A stretch of DNA of 63,563 nt, filler included, from Octopus bimaculoides (Eukaryota): NCBI RefSeq assembly GCF_001194135.2. It is 7 parts of 7 records of this genome, joined end to end, with 100 filler letters (N's around TTAATTAATTAA, not from the genome) between each part and the next. Parts side by side here need not be neighbours in the genome. Positions count along the whole stretch, not along the records: positions 48,627 to 53,153 come from NC_068989.1; positions 53,254 to 55,387 come from NW_026420246.1; positions 55,488 to 58,117 come from NC_068984.1; positions 58,218 to 60,147 come from NC_068987.1; positions 60,248 to 63,563 come from NW_026394390.1; 2 more parts are not named here. One strand, given 5' to 3'. This document shows, piece after piece, positions 49,197 to 62,619 of this stretch (its first letter is position 1; every line of letters starts with the position of its first letter). The position numbers and the translations under genes were made by a program. The notes under the pieces were generated by a model that saw nothing but the letters and a program-made list of their open reading frames with translations, was not told the DNA's origin and did not search any database.

Positions 49197-50412
49197 CCAT
49201 CCTAAATTATTAGGCAAGTGTTCAATAAAAGTGATATTATGGGTCAAAAACGTGATTTAACATCAAATGATATCTCCACCCATGTCTTAGAGCTTGGAAA
49301 AACAAAAACGACATTGGAAATCTCAAAGATCCTGGGAAGACATAATCGAAATGTGAAAAATTTGTGGAGTTTTCTGCTGTCCGTTCGAGGGCTGACAAGC
49401 ATAAATCGAGGGTTTTTTCCAGGCGTACCCTGTTAGGTTTAACGAGGGAGGCTACTAAGAACACGTCTCTCACTAGTCGAGAAGTGTTTAAACGTTTGTG
49501 GTAGGAAAGACATTTCGAAATCTACTAGGTGTCGCCTCCTGAAGCAAGTAGCAAAGAACATAAAACCTGTTATAAGGCCCCCCCCCCTCTGTAGGCTGTT
49601 CGTAAACAGAATAGAGTCAAATGGGCAGAAGATTACATGAAGATAGCTTTTTCAAAAGTCCTCTTTAATGACGAATGCCGTGCTACCCTGCACAGACCAG
49701 ATGGGTGGAGTGAAGGATGGGTTGCAATTAGTGGAAATCGTCCTCATCGTTTGAGACGTCATCAAAGGAGATGAAGAATCATTGTTTGGGCTGGTATCAT
49801 TGGAGGCAAGTTGGTTGGTCCTTGGAAAGTTCGAGGTGGAATTAAGATGATATCAGATGCTTATGTTTCGTTTTTGGAGGACAATATTTAGCCATGGTTG
49901 AAGAAGCAGAATGTTTCATTAAAGAGAACGCTGGTATTCATGCAAGATAATCCGCCCTCCCAAGCAGCTAAGAAATCTCTGGAATACCTACAGCAATTAG
50001 GCTTCTATGGACGCTGTTTAATGAAGTGGTCAGTGTGTTCACTCGACTTAAACCCGATAGAAAATCTATCGTGTGCTCTGAAGAGGAAGATATATCAAGA
50101 CGGACGGCAGTTTTCAACGAAAGATTCTCTGAGAAGGCATTCTGCATGCTGCAGACAGTATTACACCAGATGAAATAGTTGCCTTCGCAAATTCAATGGA
50201 TAAATGTGTTAGAAACATTCTCTGATGTGGAGGTTCATACAAGAAATATGACGTCATATTTCTTGTTTTATTTCCATCCGATCATATCATTATGTTAATT
50301 ACAAAGTCCGCTATGATTATATTTGTTGTTAAACATTAATTGTCGCATTCAATAAACGTTTGCTTTTGCATAATTAGCATTTTTATAAGACCTACCTAAT
50401 AATTTAAGACGG
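49197..50412 (+). mobile_element. Near-full-length defective Tc1-family transposon, DD37E (TRT-like)
   Basis: TA-flanked TIRs (CCATCCTAAATTATTAGGCA / TACCTAATAATTTAAGACGG). ORF from 49239 (MGQKRDLTS..TLEISKILGR..; FSKVLFNDECR; FMQDNPPSQ..DLNPIENL) has stops and frameshifts. 37 residues counted between the second D and E. Confidence 0.9.
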
Positions 50413-50522
50413 TAAAGATGGCGCCTAGGTAGGTAGGTAGGTAGGTAGGTAGGTAGATAGATAGACAGAAAGAAAGAAAGAAAGATAGATAGAAATATAT
50501 AGATATAGGTATGTATACATAC

Positions 50523-50553
<31 letters not shown>

Positions 50554-50672
50554 AATATATATAGATGGATAGACAGAGAGAGGGAGAGATATGTATGCAT
50601 GTATGTATGTATGTATGTATATGTGTGTGTGTTTATGTGTGTGTGATGGGTATGAGAGTGTGTATGTATATA

Positions 50673-51545
50673 CCGGGTGCAGTCAATAAACTGTTCCCTA
50701 AATCACGCGAAAATAAAAATAACAAACAATTAATTTTAACAGATATATCTACCAAAATTATATTTAAAAAATCTTGAAATACTAAAGAGCAAATTTATTC
50801 AATAAAATCGTCATTGACTTCAATCACCACCACCAGAAGACTTCGGAATCTCCTGCAACTCTTCTGAACTGTCTTCTTGTTTAAGTTGCTCAATGCTGCC
50901 ATAATCCTTGCCTTTCGTTCATCTTCGGTCTTACAAGGAGTTTTTTTGATCTCTCACTCAAATGCGCCCCACACATAATAATCAAGACAGATGGAGTCTG
51001 GGGAGTTAGGTGGCAAGATGTTAGGGGTGATGTGGTGGCAGACATTGTCTGACAGCCATGACTGGGTTTTCCTGCTTGTGTGGCATGGTGCAGAGTCCTG
51101 TTGCCAGACATAGGGTCCTTCCAGCAGCCACCCCTTGATCAAAGACAGCACTACCTCTTCCAGGCTCTTGATGTAGGTCTCCATGTTGAGTCTGAGGTTC
51201 TATGGGAAGATGAATGGGGGCATAGCGTCACCAGCACTAGTAATAACTCCGAGCATCATGATGTTAACTGGATGTTTGATTGTTATCACTCTCGGTGCAT
51301 GTCCTCAGATTGCACTGTCGTCAGATTGATACCCAAACCCACTGAAATGCTCGCATTGAAGCTTCCGGCGCGAATGCCAAGCAGTACAGCATGTTATTTC
51401 CAAATGTCTGGCAGACTGTGCGGTATGGTGCTGTTTTTCTGACAGACATGGCCCAACTGATTCTAGTATACCATGTAGTCGTCAAAATAAAAAACGATGT
51501 GCATGCGCGAAATCGGAAAATATAAATTGCCGAGAATGAATTTAA
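50673..51545 (-). mobile_element. Defective maT-family (DD37D) mariner-like transposon, internally deleted
   Basis: YVWQQDSAPCHTSRKTQSWL..PPNSPDSICLDYYVWG with 37 residues between D and D; one TIR TA|CCGGGTGCAGTCAATAAAC at 50673. Confidence 0.85.
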
Positions 51546-51921
51546 TCTATGTGTGTATGTATTTGTGTCTGTGCATACACATTGTGTGCTATTACTTTTG
51601 TGCTATTACTNNNNNNNNNNNNNNNNNNNNNNNNNNNNNNNNNNNNNNNNNNNNNNNNNNNNNNNNNNNNNNNNNNNNNNNNNNNNNNNNNNNNNNNNNN
51701 NNNNNNNNNNNNNNNNNNNNNNNNNNNNNNNNNNNNNNNNNNNNNNNNNNNNNNNNNNNNNNNNNNNNNNNNNNNNNNNNNNNNNNNNNNNNNNNNNNNN
51801 NNNNNNNNNNNNNNNNNNNNNNNNNNNNNNNNNNNNNNNNNNNNNNNNNNNNNNNNNNNNNNNNNNNNNNNNNNNNNNNNNNNNNNNNNNNNNNNNNNNN
51901 NNNNNNNNNNNNNNNNNNNNN

Positions 51922-51985
<64 letters not shown>

Positions 51986-53086
51986 TGTGTGTGTGTGTGT
52001 CTGTCTGTCTGTATTTATGTATGTATCTATGTATCTTTGTGTTACTGAGTATGGGTGGGTTTAAGGTGGAATGTGTAAATATAAATTAATTTCTGTAGTT
52101 ACATCCACGCAATGATTTCTCATATTTGTAGTGTAAAGTCATGATACGGAAATACCAATGGGCCTTACATGTCTAATGATTCTGCCTATGCTTATTGAGC
52201 ATTTAGTGTTCTATCCAACTTGTGGTTTTGTTATTTAAACTGCGTGTTCGACTAACCTACTATATGCAAATCGGGCAAACTTAGAAGACGCTTTAAATAA
52301 CGGAGAATTCATTTATAGACATGTTTCGGAAACGTCTTCCCCCCACTTCAACCGACTATGATCAGCCAAGAAAAAATCTGTTTCAATTCAAATGGTATTG
52401 ACACATCTATTCATTGGCTAACACATATTACATCATTAGAATGTAATTCTAAACTGAAACTGCCTTACTCTGAATATACTCATATACTCAAGCTGATATA
52501 CTCATATTTAATTTGTTTCACAAATTTTGCTTTCTCGTATCATTATATCCCTTCTGTACATAGTGCTTGTAGCGATACGTTCTTTTTGAGGGCACTATTA
52601 TCTACTGCATTTGACTTGTGAGTGGGAGTTAATGTTAAGCTTAAGTTTCAACTTAACAAATACAATCTGCTCTCTAAGTCGGCTATAAATTGAGTGTTCA
52701 ACCAGTTCTAATTTAGAAATCCACTTGTGCAGGTATCTGCTTGAAGATTTGAAACATCTAGAGACACAACGCAATTGATTCTTCTTTGCTGTTCAAGTGG
52801 CTCCTTGAATCTCTCCTGTTTAAGATTCTTCTCTTCTTTCCCAGATAAGATATATCTCCTTAGGATGGCGACATAACGAGAAAATTATTCTTCACTGTTC
52901 AGGTTGCTTCGTGATCTTGAGCGCTTCCTTGAAAATTGTTGACAATGTCTGTCAAGTCCATGGTATAACCCTTCCTGTACAACAATAATTCTTTTTCAAA
53001 ATATGTTGTTTTATCCAGCGGTTTTCAGTAATTAATTATATATTGAAAGCAGTACTTCAAGATACTTATAAATGCAAATAAACAGG

Positions 53087-53126
<40 letters not shown>

Positions 53127-53360
53127 ACATATATATACACGTATATATATATANNNNNNNNNNNNNNNNNNNNNNNNNNNNNNNNNNNNNNNNNNNNTTA
53201 ATTAATTAANNNNNNNNNNNNNNNNNNNNNNNNNNNNNNNNNNNNNNNNNNNNAAAAACAGCCCCTAGAGCCCAGCTGACTTCCGCTCCATCTATCTTTT
53301 TGGTTAACTGCAAAAATAAAAAAAAGAAATATATATACATATACAGAAGCATGTCAACAT

Positions 53361-53395
<35 letters not shown>

Positions 53396-54419
53396 GTGCA
53401 TTCCAGAAGTCTTGAAACTTTTTCAGGAGAGACATTTATGAATTTTCAAGAAGTACTAAACTTCAATCTCCTTTAAAATAGGATCCTCTCACTTCAATGA
53501 ACTTGTGCTGGGCTAAGCGGAGCAGGAGCACACATGAGGATGGAAAGTGTTGCTGAAGAGGTCACAGATGTGTGATGAAAGATTTCCAGACAATGTACAT
53601 GACTTAAAATAAGAACAGTAATAAATGAGTGAGGAACAAATATATAGTGCATGTTTATTTGGTGAAAAAAAGAATTTTTAATGACCATCCTGAAATACAA
53701 CAATATCTCTCTCAACAGACATTTTCACATCAGGAATCTTACAACACAAATTCATAAACGTGTATATATATATATATATAAAATTCTTCGTCACTCTCTA
53801 TCTGCCTGTCAGTTCCCAGTACATTCTCAAATGGCTCAACCAAATCAAATCAAATTTTACATGGTAACAGTATCAGACCCTGTGAGTGTCAACATGTAAT
53901 TTTTTTTCATTTGGATTAAAACAATACAACGTTGGCCCTGGTTCAGTATTACATGTCAAAAGTGAAAGAATAAGATCTATATTGTAATGTGGTATAATAT
54001 TTTTTCACTTTTAATTCTAATTAAATCCTAATGCGAATAACATTACGCATCAGCAACTTTCTGTCTTTACGGTCACAACAGCAGAACGGTGTTTCAGTGT
54101 ATGTGTGTTAACTGACATAACGAATGGCTGGAGGTGAAACTCTTGATAAAAAACAATGAGGTGGCAGGTCCAAGGTATATAAAAATACATATTTACCATT
54201 CAATTACCAGCTAATAATTATCGCAAAAGTTGCAAATTTACCATTAAATCAGCAGTTCATACATGAGCTTCTATTTGGTTCATTTGCTTATATTTGGTTA
54301 ATTTATATTGCATACAAAAATAAAGACATATTACATAAATACAACTGCTTACAATAATAGAGATTACTGTATAATTTCTTCTATGTTCATAATTTTTGGT
54401 TTACAATATTGAGAAAAAT

Positions 54420-55052
54420 ATGCCACCAAAGAAAAGACATAATCTCTCAAAAAACCAGTATAAAGCAAGGAGGATTGTTGAAAACTGAAGGCGAAAGTCT
54501 CAAGAGAGTAAGGAGATGAGACTTTCTCAAGATCAGCAAAGCATGCTGCAGCACTTAATGCTGAATCATTAAAACAACATTTTAATGATTAGGCAGTGGT
54601 CCAATAGAACAGCTTTTATAAACAGACTGCGTACAGATTCATTCTGTTTTCAGTTATGATCATTCCCATTCTTATAAAAATGATAATTTTGTTCAAATTG
54701 GTGTGCTAAACTTTGTCATTTCTGTAAAACTTTAAAATTTCCAAATGAAACTAATGGCATGTGCTGGTCAGGCAGTAAGGTAACATTGCCAGCATTACCA
54801 ACTCCTCCTTAACCTCTTATAGATCTTCTGGAAATAACTTCCATCCAATCAAAAGATTTTCTGAACAATATCAGACATTACAACTCTGCATTTCAAATGA
54901 CATCATTTGGTGCACCTAAGAAGATAGTTGAACATGGATTTGTGCCAAAGTTCAAAGTTCAAGGGCAAGTCTGTCACCTCGTTGGTCCCCTGTTACCCAC
55001 AAATGAACAACCACAGTTCATCCAAATTTACTTTATGAGTGATGTAGGATAA
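54420..55052 (+). mobile_element. Helitron RepHel 5' ORF remnant
   Basis: MPPKKRHNL.. start; KVTLPALPTPP*PLIDLL..SKDFLNNIRHYNSAFQMTSFGA..GFVPKFKVQGQVCHLVGPLLP..PQFIQIYF matches the recalled Helitron pre-Rep domain. Confidence 0.85.
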
Positions 55053-55487
55053 CAAACTTGAAGGAAGTGTCAAAACTTCAGATGGCAGGCCATGTTAGGT
55101 GCAGTGCTGACGGCCACAGAGGAGAGTATGTCCACTGACAGCTTTCTGGTGCACTCAAAAATCACATACTCCCCCCACCACCACCACCCCCAATTTTCCA
55201 TGACTTGTTAAGGTCTGGAATACTTCAGATAGATGAATGACAAGTCACTCAGTCGAATCAGTCCATCATTCACTTTACAAATGTTTGGTCATCAATGCTG
55301 CACTTTCCCGTGTCACCGGTTTCAACATAACTGTAACGTATATATATATATATACATACACATATATATATATATATATATATATATNNNNNNNNNNNNN
55401 NNNNNNNNNNNNNNNNNNNNNNNNNNNNNNNTTAATTAATTAANNNNNNNNNNNNNNNNNNNNNNNNNNNNNNNNNNNNNNNNNNNN

Positions 55488-55525
<38 letters not shown>

Positions 55526-55560
55526 GCGCAATGACCCAGTGGTTAGGGCAGCGGACTCCC

Positions 55561-55976
55561 GTATTTGGTTGATATTTGGTTGATATTTCCTGTAGCTGGA
55601 TCGCAAACACATACCCTTCAAAGTGGAGGTAGTGATCCGGCTATTGGTCCTTGATAGTCTGCTTTGATGATCAATGTTCCTATCATCTGGGTGCCTTCTA
55701 CTAACATACCCATGCATAGTCTTCTGCTCATTTATTCTCATCCTTTCATCTGACGATATGTTACGGTACAGTCATGTGACTTCTTTGGGCATGTATTTTA
55801 GGTTATCAGACAAAGAATGTTGCTCGAGGAGCTGCCTTCCAAGTCTTCTGAGGTTATCAGCCTCATGTATATAAACATGGTCAAGGGATGCACTTCGACA
55901 CTTGGTGGTTAAAAGATGTTGACAAAGGGATATGATACGACATTCAAAGGCATTTTGGACCGATGTCAAGCCTCTT
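55561..55976 (-). mobile_element. R4/Dong-like LINE fragment (post-RT region)
   Basis: ..LGRQLLEQH.. and MHGYVSR..IDHQS..ITTSTLKG (FEGY.FAIQ in an adjacent frame) resemble the RLE-LINE C-terminal region. Confidence 0.5.
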
Positions 55977-56436
55977 CCGCGTATGTATGTATGTATGTAT
56001 GTATGTATATTTTCACCTAGTTCGCTTTTAAGTTAGCTCTTACTCTTCAAATAAATTCTTTGTAATAATTTATTCATTATACCATTGTTTATTGTATTTT
56101 GCCTCATTTATTAATCGTTAGGTACTTGTACGTTCCATTTTCATCCTTCCGATATCGATAGAATAAAGTACCAGCTGGATGGAAGGTGGAGGGTGAGAGG
56201 GAGGGAGGTAAAAAAATGAAAGAGAGTTTGAAAGAAGGAATGAATGAGTAAGTGAAAGAATGAATGGAAAGACAAAATTCAACGTCACGAAAGGCTAGAC
56301 AGAAAGGTCATTTAGTTGATGTAGGTTGCCTGAAATAAAAACAGAGCAGGAGAGGGAAGAAAATAAGAATAAGATGAGGTAAATGAAATAAATAGGCGAA
56401 ATTAATAGACAGACAGACAGACAGAAAGACAGACAT

Positions 56437-56492
<56 letters not shown>

Positions 56493-56918
56493 GGAGTTAA
56501 AGAAGAGTCCTGAAATTAATTACTGTTCTTATCACAATCGTCATTATTGTCTTGCGAAGATAAGCAAGGATATCCACCAATCAATGAATAAATGGATAAG
56601 TAAATAAATGAATAGTTGCTATATATGAATTGTTGTGTTTGTAATTATTATTTCCGGCGATGATAAATTGATGGTATTTCTGTTAACAGAAAATAATTGC
56701 CTTTTGATTCCATGAAGAGGGTTATCGAACGGATTGGCAGTGTTAAAGACGAATATTTTATGTTGAGAAATAAAAGGAAAAGAAATCGTTCAAGGTCATT
56801 TGAATAAACAAATGAATCAACGAAATAAAATAATTTGATAAATAAACATATAGAATAAAGTGAAATAAATAAAAGACAGTGCAAGGATTAAGGGTTATTA
56901 TTATTATTAGCGTGTATT

Positions 56919-57570
56919 AAGGTAGGCGAGCTGGCAGAATCGTTAGTACGTCGAGCAAAATGCTTAGCGACATTTCGTCCGTCTTTACGTTCTGATTTCA
57001 AATTCTGCCGAGATCGACTTTGCCTTTCATCCCCATTGGGGTTGAAGAAATAAGTACCAGTTGTGTTCCGCGGTCGATATAATCGATTATCCCCTTCCCC
57101 AAAGTTTCAAGCCTTGTGCATATAGTAGAAAGGGTTATTATTAGCTTGTATTAAGGTGCTGAGCTGGCAGAAACATTAGCACGGGCGAAATGCTTAGCGG
57201 TATTTCGTCTGCCGTTACGTTCTGAGTTCAAATTCCGCCGGGGTCGACTTTGCCTTTTATCCTTTCGAGGTCGATAAATTAAATGCCAATTACGCACTGG
57301 GGTCGATATAATCGACTTAATCCCTTTGTCTGTCCTTATTTGTCCCCTCTATGTTTAGCCCCTTGTGAGCAATAAAGAAATAAAAAACATTAGCACGTGG
57401 AGCAAAATGATAAGCAGCATTTCGCCTGTCTTTACGTTCTGGGTTGTCTTTTTCTTTCTTCCTTTAGGGTCGATAAATGAAGTACCAGTTGAGCACGGAG
57501 ATCGAGCTAATCAACTAGTCCCCCTCCCTCAAAATTTCAGGCTTAATGCTTATAGCAGAAAGAATTATTA
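56919..57570 (+). mobile_element. Three tandem Meta-domain-like SINE copies
   Basis: Three successive gctggcagaa/ttagcacg..aaatgcttagc..gtcgactttgcc units. Confidence 0.85.
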
Positions 57571-58051
57571 TTATTATCAGTAACAGCATCGTCATCATCA
57601 CTTAGGTAAAACTTTGTAAAGCCTTTAATCATGAAATATTATCTTGATTAATGAATGATTCTGAATACAATAATCAATATATTTTATAATTATTCTTTAA
57701 CTAAACGCCCTTTAACTGCTGTATCCATTTATCTGTTCACTAATCTCAATATTATGTATTTTCTTATTTATTCTACTTATTTATATCTTTATCTGTATTC
57801 TTTCATTCATTTATTCCTTTATTTCTTTACTTGCTTCAGTAATCAGACGACGGCGATGTTGGGGTACCATCTTGAACAGTTTAGTCAAATATATCGACAC
57901 CAGAAATTATTTCTTCAAGTCTAGTACTTCTTTAATATTTCCCTGTTGCCGAAACACTTACGCGCGGGGAGATAAAAAACCAACACCTATTGTCAAGTAG
58001 TGACGGGACTGACATAATAACACGAATTCACCCAAATACACAAACACGTAG

Positions 58052-58117
<66 letters not shown>

Positions 58118-58217
58118 NNNNNNNNNNNNNNNNNNNNNNNNNNNNNNNNNNNNNNNNNNNNTTAATTAATTAANNNNNNNNNNNNNNNNNNNNNNNNNNN
58201 NNNNNNNNNNNNNNNNN

Positions 58218-58262
<45 letters not shown>

Positions 58263-58699
58263 CATGCATGTAGGATGGGCGCGCGCACACACACATATGT
58301 ATATATAGATGTACGTATATATGTATGTATATATGTAGCTGTACACGTATATATATATGTATACATATATATATATATGTGTATATATGTATATATGTAT
58401 GCATATATATATTTATGTATGTATATATATGTATATATGTATATGTATGTTTGTATGTATGTATGTATGTATGTATGTATGTATATATATATACGTGTAT
58501 ATATGGATGTATATATATATATATATATTTATGCATGTATATATATGCATGTATATATGTATATACAGGTATGTTTATATGCATATNNNNNNNNNNTATG
58601 TATGAATATATTTGTATATATATATGTGTGTGTGTGTGTATTAGATACCTAGATAGACATACATACATACATACATACATACACACAGACAGACAGACG

Positions 58700-58740
<41 letters not shown>

Positions 58741-58744
58741 CATC

Positions 58745-59995
58745 CAGTCCGTTGTCAATGACTGACTATCTTCATGAATCAAATTTCTCCAGACAGACGC
58801 GTTAGCAGTCAACTGGTACCCATTGTTAGTTGAGATAGATGCATCTTTTAGGTTCCACTTGTTAACGTCTTTGAATTTCAATTTGGGTTCTCCAATGTTT
58901 CTGCAGCTTTCAGGCAGTTGCGAGGGCAAGGCTTTCTTTGGGTGTTTATCACCGCCAGTTCTGGCAATATGATCAGTCCAACGGAGATTTTTCCGTATCA
59001 GTAGATGATGCATGGACTGAAAGCCAGCCCTACTGAAGACCTCCGACTGTGAGATATGTTGCCACCATTTGCTAGCTCTCAGATATCGAGTGACTAAGGC
59101 ACTGATCCTTTTGGCTTGTGTTTTGTAAGATACCCATTCTTCTGCACTATACAGTAAAGTTTAGATGACAATGGCTCTGTATACTTCATATTTTACTTTC
59201 ATTGAACTGTTACGGTTTTTCGATAGTCGTTCTGTAAGACATTAAAACGCAGACGAAGCTTTACCCATACGATTTTGTAGTTTATTGTCTAGTTTATTGT
59301 CACTCAACAACGCTGCCAAGATAAGTAAAACCAGTGACTTTATTTAGTATGTTTCCATCTTTCATTTTATTGTGAGCTTCCATATTTCATTGTGGGACGG
59401 CTGAAAAACGTACGCCAAAATTTTTCAAATTAATTTGTAGGCCGAAGTCACGCGTAGACTCAGCAAATATGGAGGTAATTTCCTGCATGCTCACATGTAA
59501 GTTTGATACACAAATGATATGGGCTTCTGTCTCTGATTGTTTAATTTCTATTTGGACGGGTTAAATAGATTAGAACCAGGACTTGTTAATACTAATACAC
59601 CCTTGTCTGTATTATGAGATGCATCTTCGATAACTGCAAAGAGATATATGCTGAAGAGAGCAGGGGCCAAGACACAACACTACTTAATACTATTTGTAAC
59701 TTCAAATGGTTCAGAGAGATCATTGTTCGTGCTGATCTCCTGCATTCATATCCTGATGGAAACCTTCACACACACACTACAAACTTCTCAGGACACCTGT
59801 ACTGACACAACACCTGCCATAAACCCGCTCTGTTTATTGTGCCACATGCTTTCTTAAAATCAATGAAGACACCACACACTGGTATATTCTGCACCATACA
59901 TTTCTCTTGAATTTCGTGAAGTGTGAAGATCAAGTCAATAATAATTCGTTCAGAATTGAATTCGCGTTGCGTTTCAAAGAGGATTTCCAAGGAAA
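58745..59995 (-). mobile_element. Decayed RTE (BovB-like) LINE reverse transcriptase region
   Basis: ETQREF..DLIFTLHEIQEKC..VFIDFKKACGTINRAGLWQVL..CPEKF (RT N-part) and LRWTDHIAR..PKKAL..L..NIG..KLKFKD (C-part). Confidence 0.85.
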
Positions 59996-60899
59996 TGTTG
60001 CTGTCATTTAAATTATATTTGATTTATTTTATGGATATACGTTCTTTGTTGAGGAACTTTAAGAAAGTAATACCTTATGTTACCAAGGAAAAAGAACACA
60101 GACACACACCCACACACATGTATATATATATATATATATATATATATNNNNNNNNNNNNNNNNNNNNNNNNNNNNNNNNNNNNNNNNNNNNTTAATTAAT
60201 TAANNNNNNNNNNNNNNNNNNNNNNNNNNNNNNNNNNNNNNNNNNNNTATATATATATATATATATACACAGACACGCACACATATACACAAACACACAC
60301 ATATATATATACAGACACACATATATAGAAACGTGACTGTACACGAGTGTGTTTTGGGCGCGAGTGTCCGTGCGTATGTGAGTGTGTGCATATTTATGTA
60401 TATGTACTTTTTCAACTCTTCAGTTTTCTAAATATACACTCCACACAGTGTAAACTTTCACATTTGATCCAAGCAAAGTGAATATCATCCATTTAAACAG
60501 AACAATTCCAGAAACACAGAAAATTGTTTCCAAAAGTCTAAAATAACACGTACAGTTTCGCCATTTTGCTTTCTGTTATTTCTATAAATACACAAACATA
60601 ATTAGAATGTCTGACCTTGGAATCCACTAGACAGACATGATCGATGTTTGTTGAAGATAATTTGAGAATATTTGTAGCACTTCTTTGTTGTTCCTCGTTC
60701 TTTGGCAATCCACAACATAGCTAAAACGTTCAACTTTGGAATCACCCTTGCAGACAAATTTCTATTGGCGCTATTGTTGTTTTTCTTTCTTCACTGTCGT
60801 TATAATGATGATGACTGTGATGGCTGTATTAACGAAAACAACAACGATGGTAATAATGACAATGACGACAGCAACAACAACAAAATCTATCCTTTATAT

Positions 60900-62140
60900 C
60901 ATAGGCACAAGGCCTGAAATTTGGAAGAAGTGCGATAGTCGATTACATCGACCGCAATACTCAACTGGTATTTACTTAATTTATTGACCCCGAAAGGATG
61001 AGAGGCAAAATAGACCACGGTGGAATTTGAACTCAGAACGTAGCGACGGGCGAGATACCGCTAAGCATTTCGTCCAGGTTGCTAACAATTCTGCCAGCTC
61101 GCAGCCTTGACAATAGCAACAACAATAATAATAATAATCCTAAAGGAGGACTACTCGATTACAGGATGAAAGGCAAAGTGGACCTCGGCGGAATTTGAGC
61201 TCAGAACATGGAGATTGACGAAATGCCACTAAACCCCTTGCCTGGCGTGTAACGATTCTTCCAGACTGGCACCTTAATGAGAGGAATAATCCTTTCTACT
61301 ATAGACACAAGACCCGAAATTTTGGAGGAGGGGACCAGTCGATGTAATCGAGTGGTAATTATTTTATTGGCCCCAAAAGGATGGAAGTCGAAGTCAAATC
61401 CGACGAAATTTGAACTCAGAATATAAAGACAGACGAAAATAATAATGATAATAATGATTATTATTGTCATTATTGTCACTACTACTACTACTATAGACTG
61501 AGGAGATGAAAGTCTGGGGACAGAAGCTAATCGATTACATCGACCCCAGTTCTTGATGGTACTTAATTTATCGAGCCGGAAATGGATGAAAGCCAACCTG
61601 CCTCCGAAGAATTTGAACTCTGAATGTAGAGACTAAGGAAATGCTGCTACGAATTTTGTTCCAAGTGCTAATGATTCTACAGTCTTAATTATAATACTCT
61701 TTTCTACTCTACGCACACGGCCTGGAATTTGGAAATTGCATCGATCCCTGTGCTCAGTTGGTACTTAATTAATTCTTCTGGGCTCAGTAAAATGTTTTAG
61801 GGAAAAAGCTAGCAGTTTTGAGGGATATGGTTAGTAAATTACATCGATTTCAGGACTTAACTTCCCCTTCACTTCATTAATTCCGGAGGAATGATGCGAA
61901 TAGGTAACCCCAGCAGGATTGGCTATTACAAAGTAAAGTGCCACAGCAAATATCGCAAAGGCTTTTGTCCAATGCCCTAACAAATTTACTAATCTCATGT
62001 CTTTTATGATTGGTTCTGATTTATTCTCAGTTAGTCACAAGACCAACAGCTGTGAGGGAAGGGTTTGGTCTTCGGGATTTGAATGTTACTTTTTTTATAT
62101 CGAACCCGAATGTATGAAAGGTATAGTCGTCTTTAATAGA
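60900..62140 (-). mobile_element. Cluster of about 6-7 decayed Meta-domain-like SINE copies in the same orientation
   Basis: Repeated gattacatcgacc..ctggtact..tttat.gacccc.aaaggatgaaaggcaaagt.gacc.cggcggaatttgaactcagaa units. Confidence 0.75.
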
Positions 62141-62619
62141 AGCTTAAAATAATCTAAATACCGCAATTCCCATTTCATCATCGTTGTGATCATTACCCCC
62201 CGCCGTAGTCGTTATAGTTGTCATAATCAGCATCTTTAGCATCATCCTTGTCACAGTCGTCGTCATCATAAGCATCAGAAGCATTATCCAATTCATTATC
62301 GTCATTTCTCGTTGTCATGGAGATAATCGATAACTCTAAAAATGGCGCTTTGATATCAATGGGTTTCTCAGTTTAGGCAGACATATTATCTATTTGTAGA
62401 TTAGTGGAAATAAACAACAGTGCAAAATGAAATTGACTTTATATTAAGGATTTTGGTGATATTTGATAATTTCAGGAATATAATCGAATTATGAAATTAA
62501 TATGCAAATTAATACCATTGAAATTTTAGATTTACAGTAGATATAACGTGATTATATAAGCCATACAACAATTTAGTCCCTCTAACTTTGTATATCGCCA
62601 CTAGTAAAAGTAAGAAATG

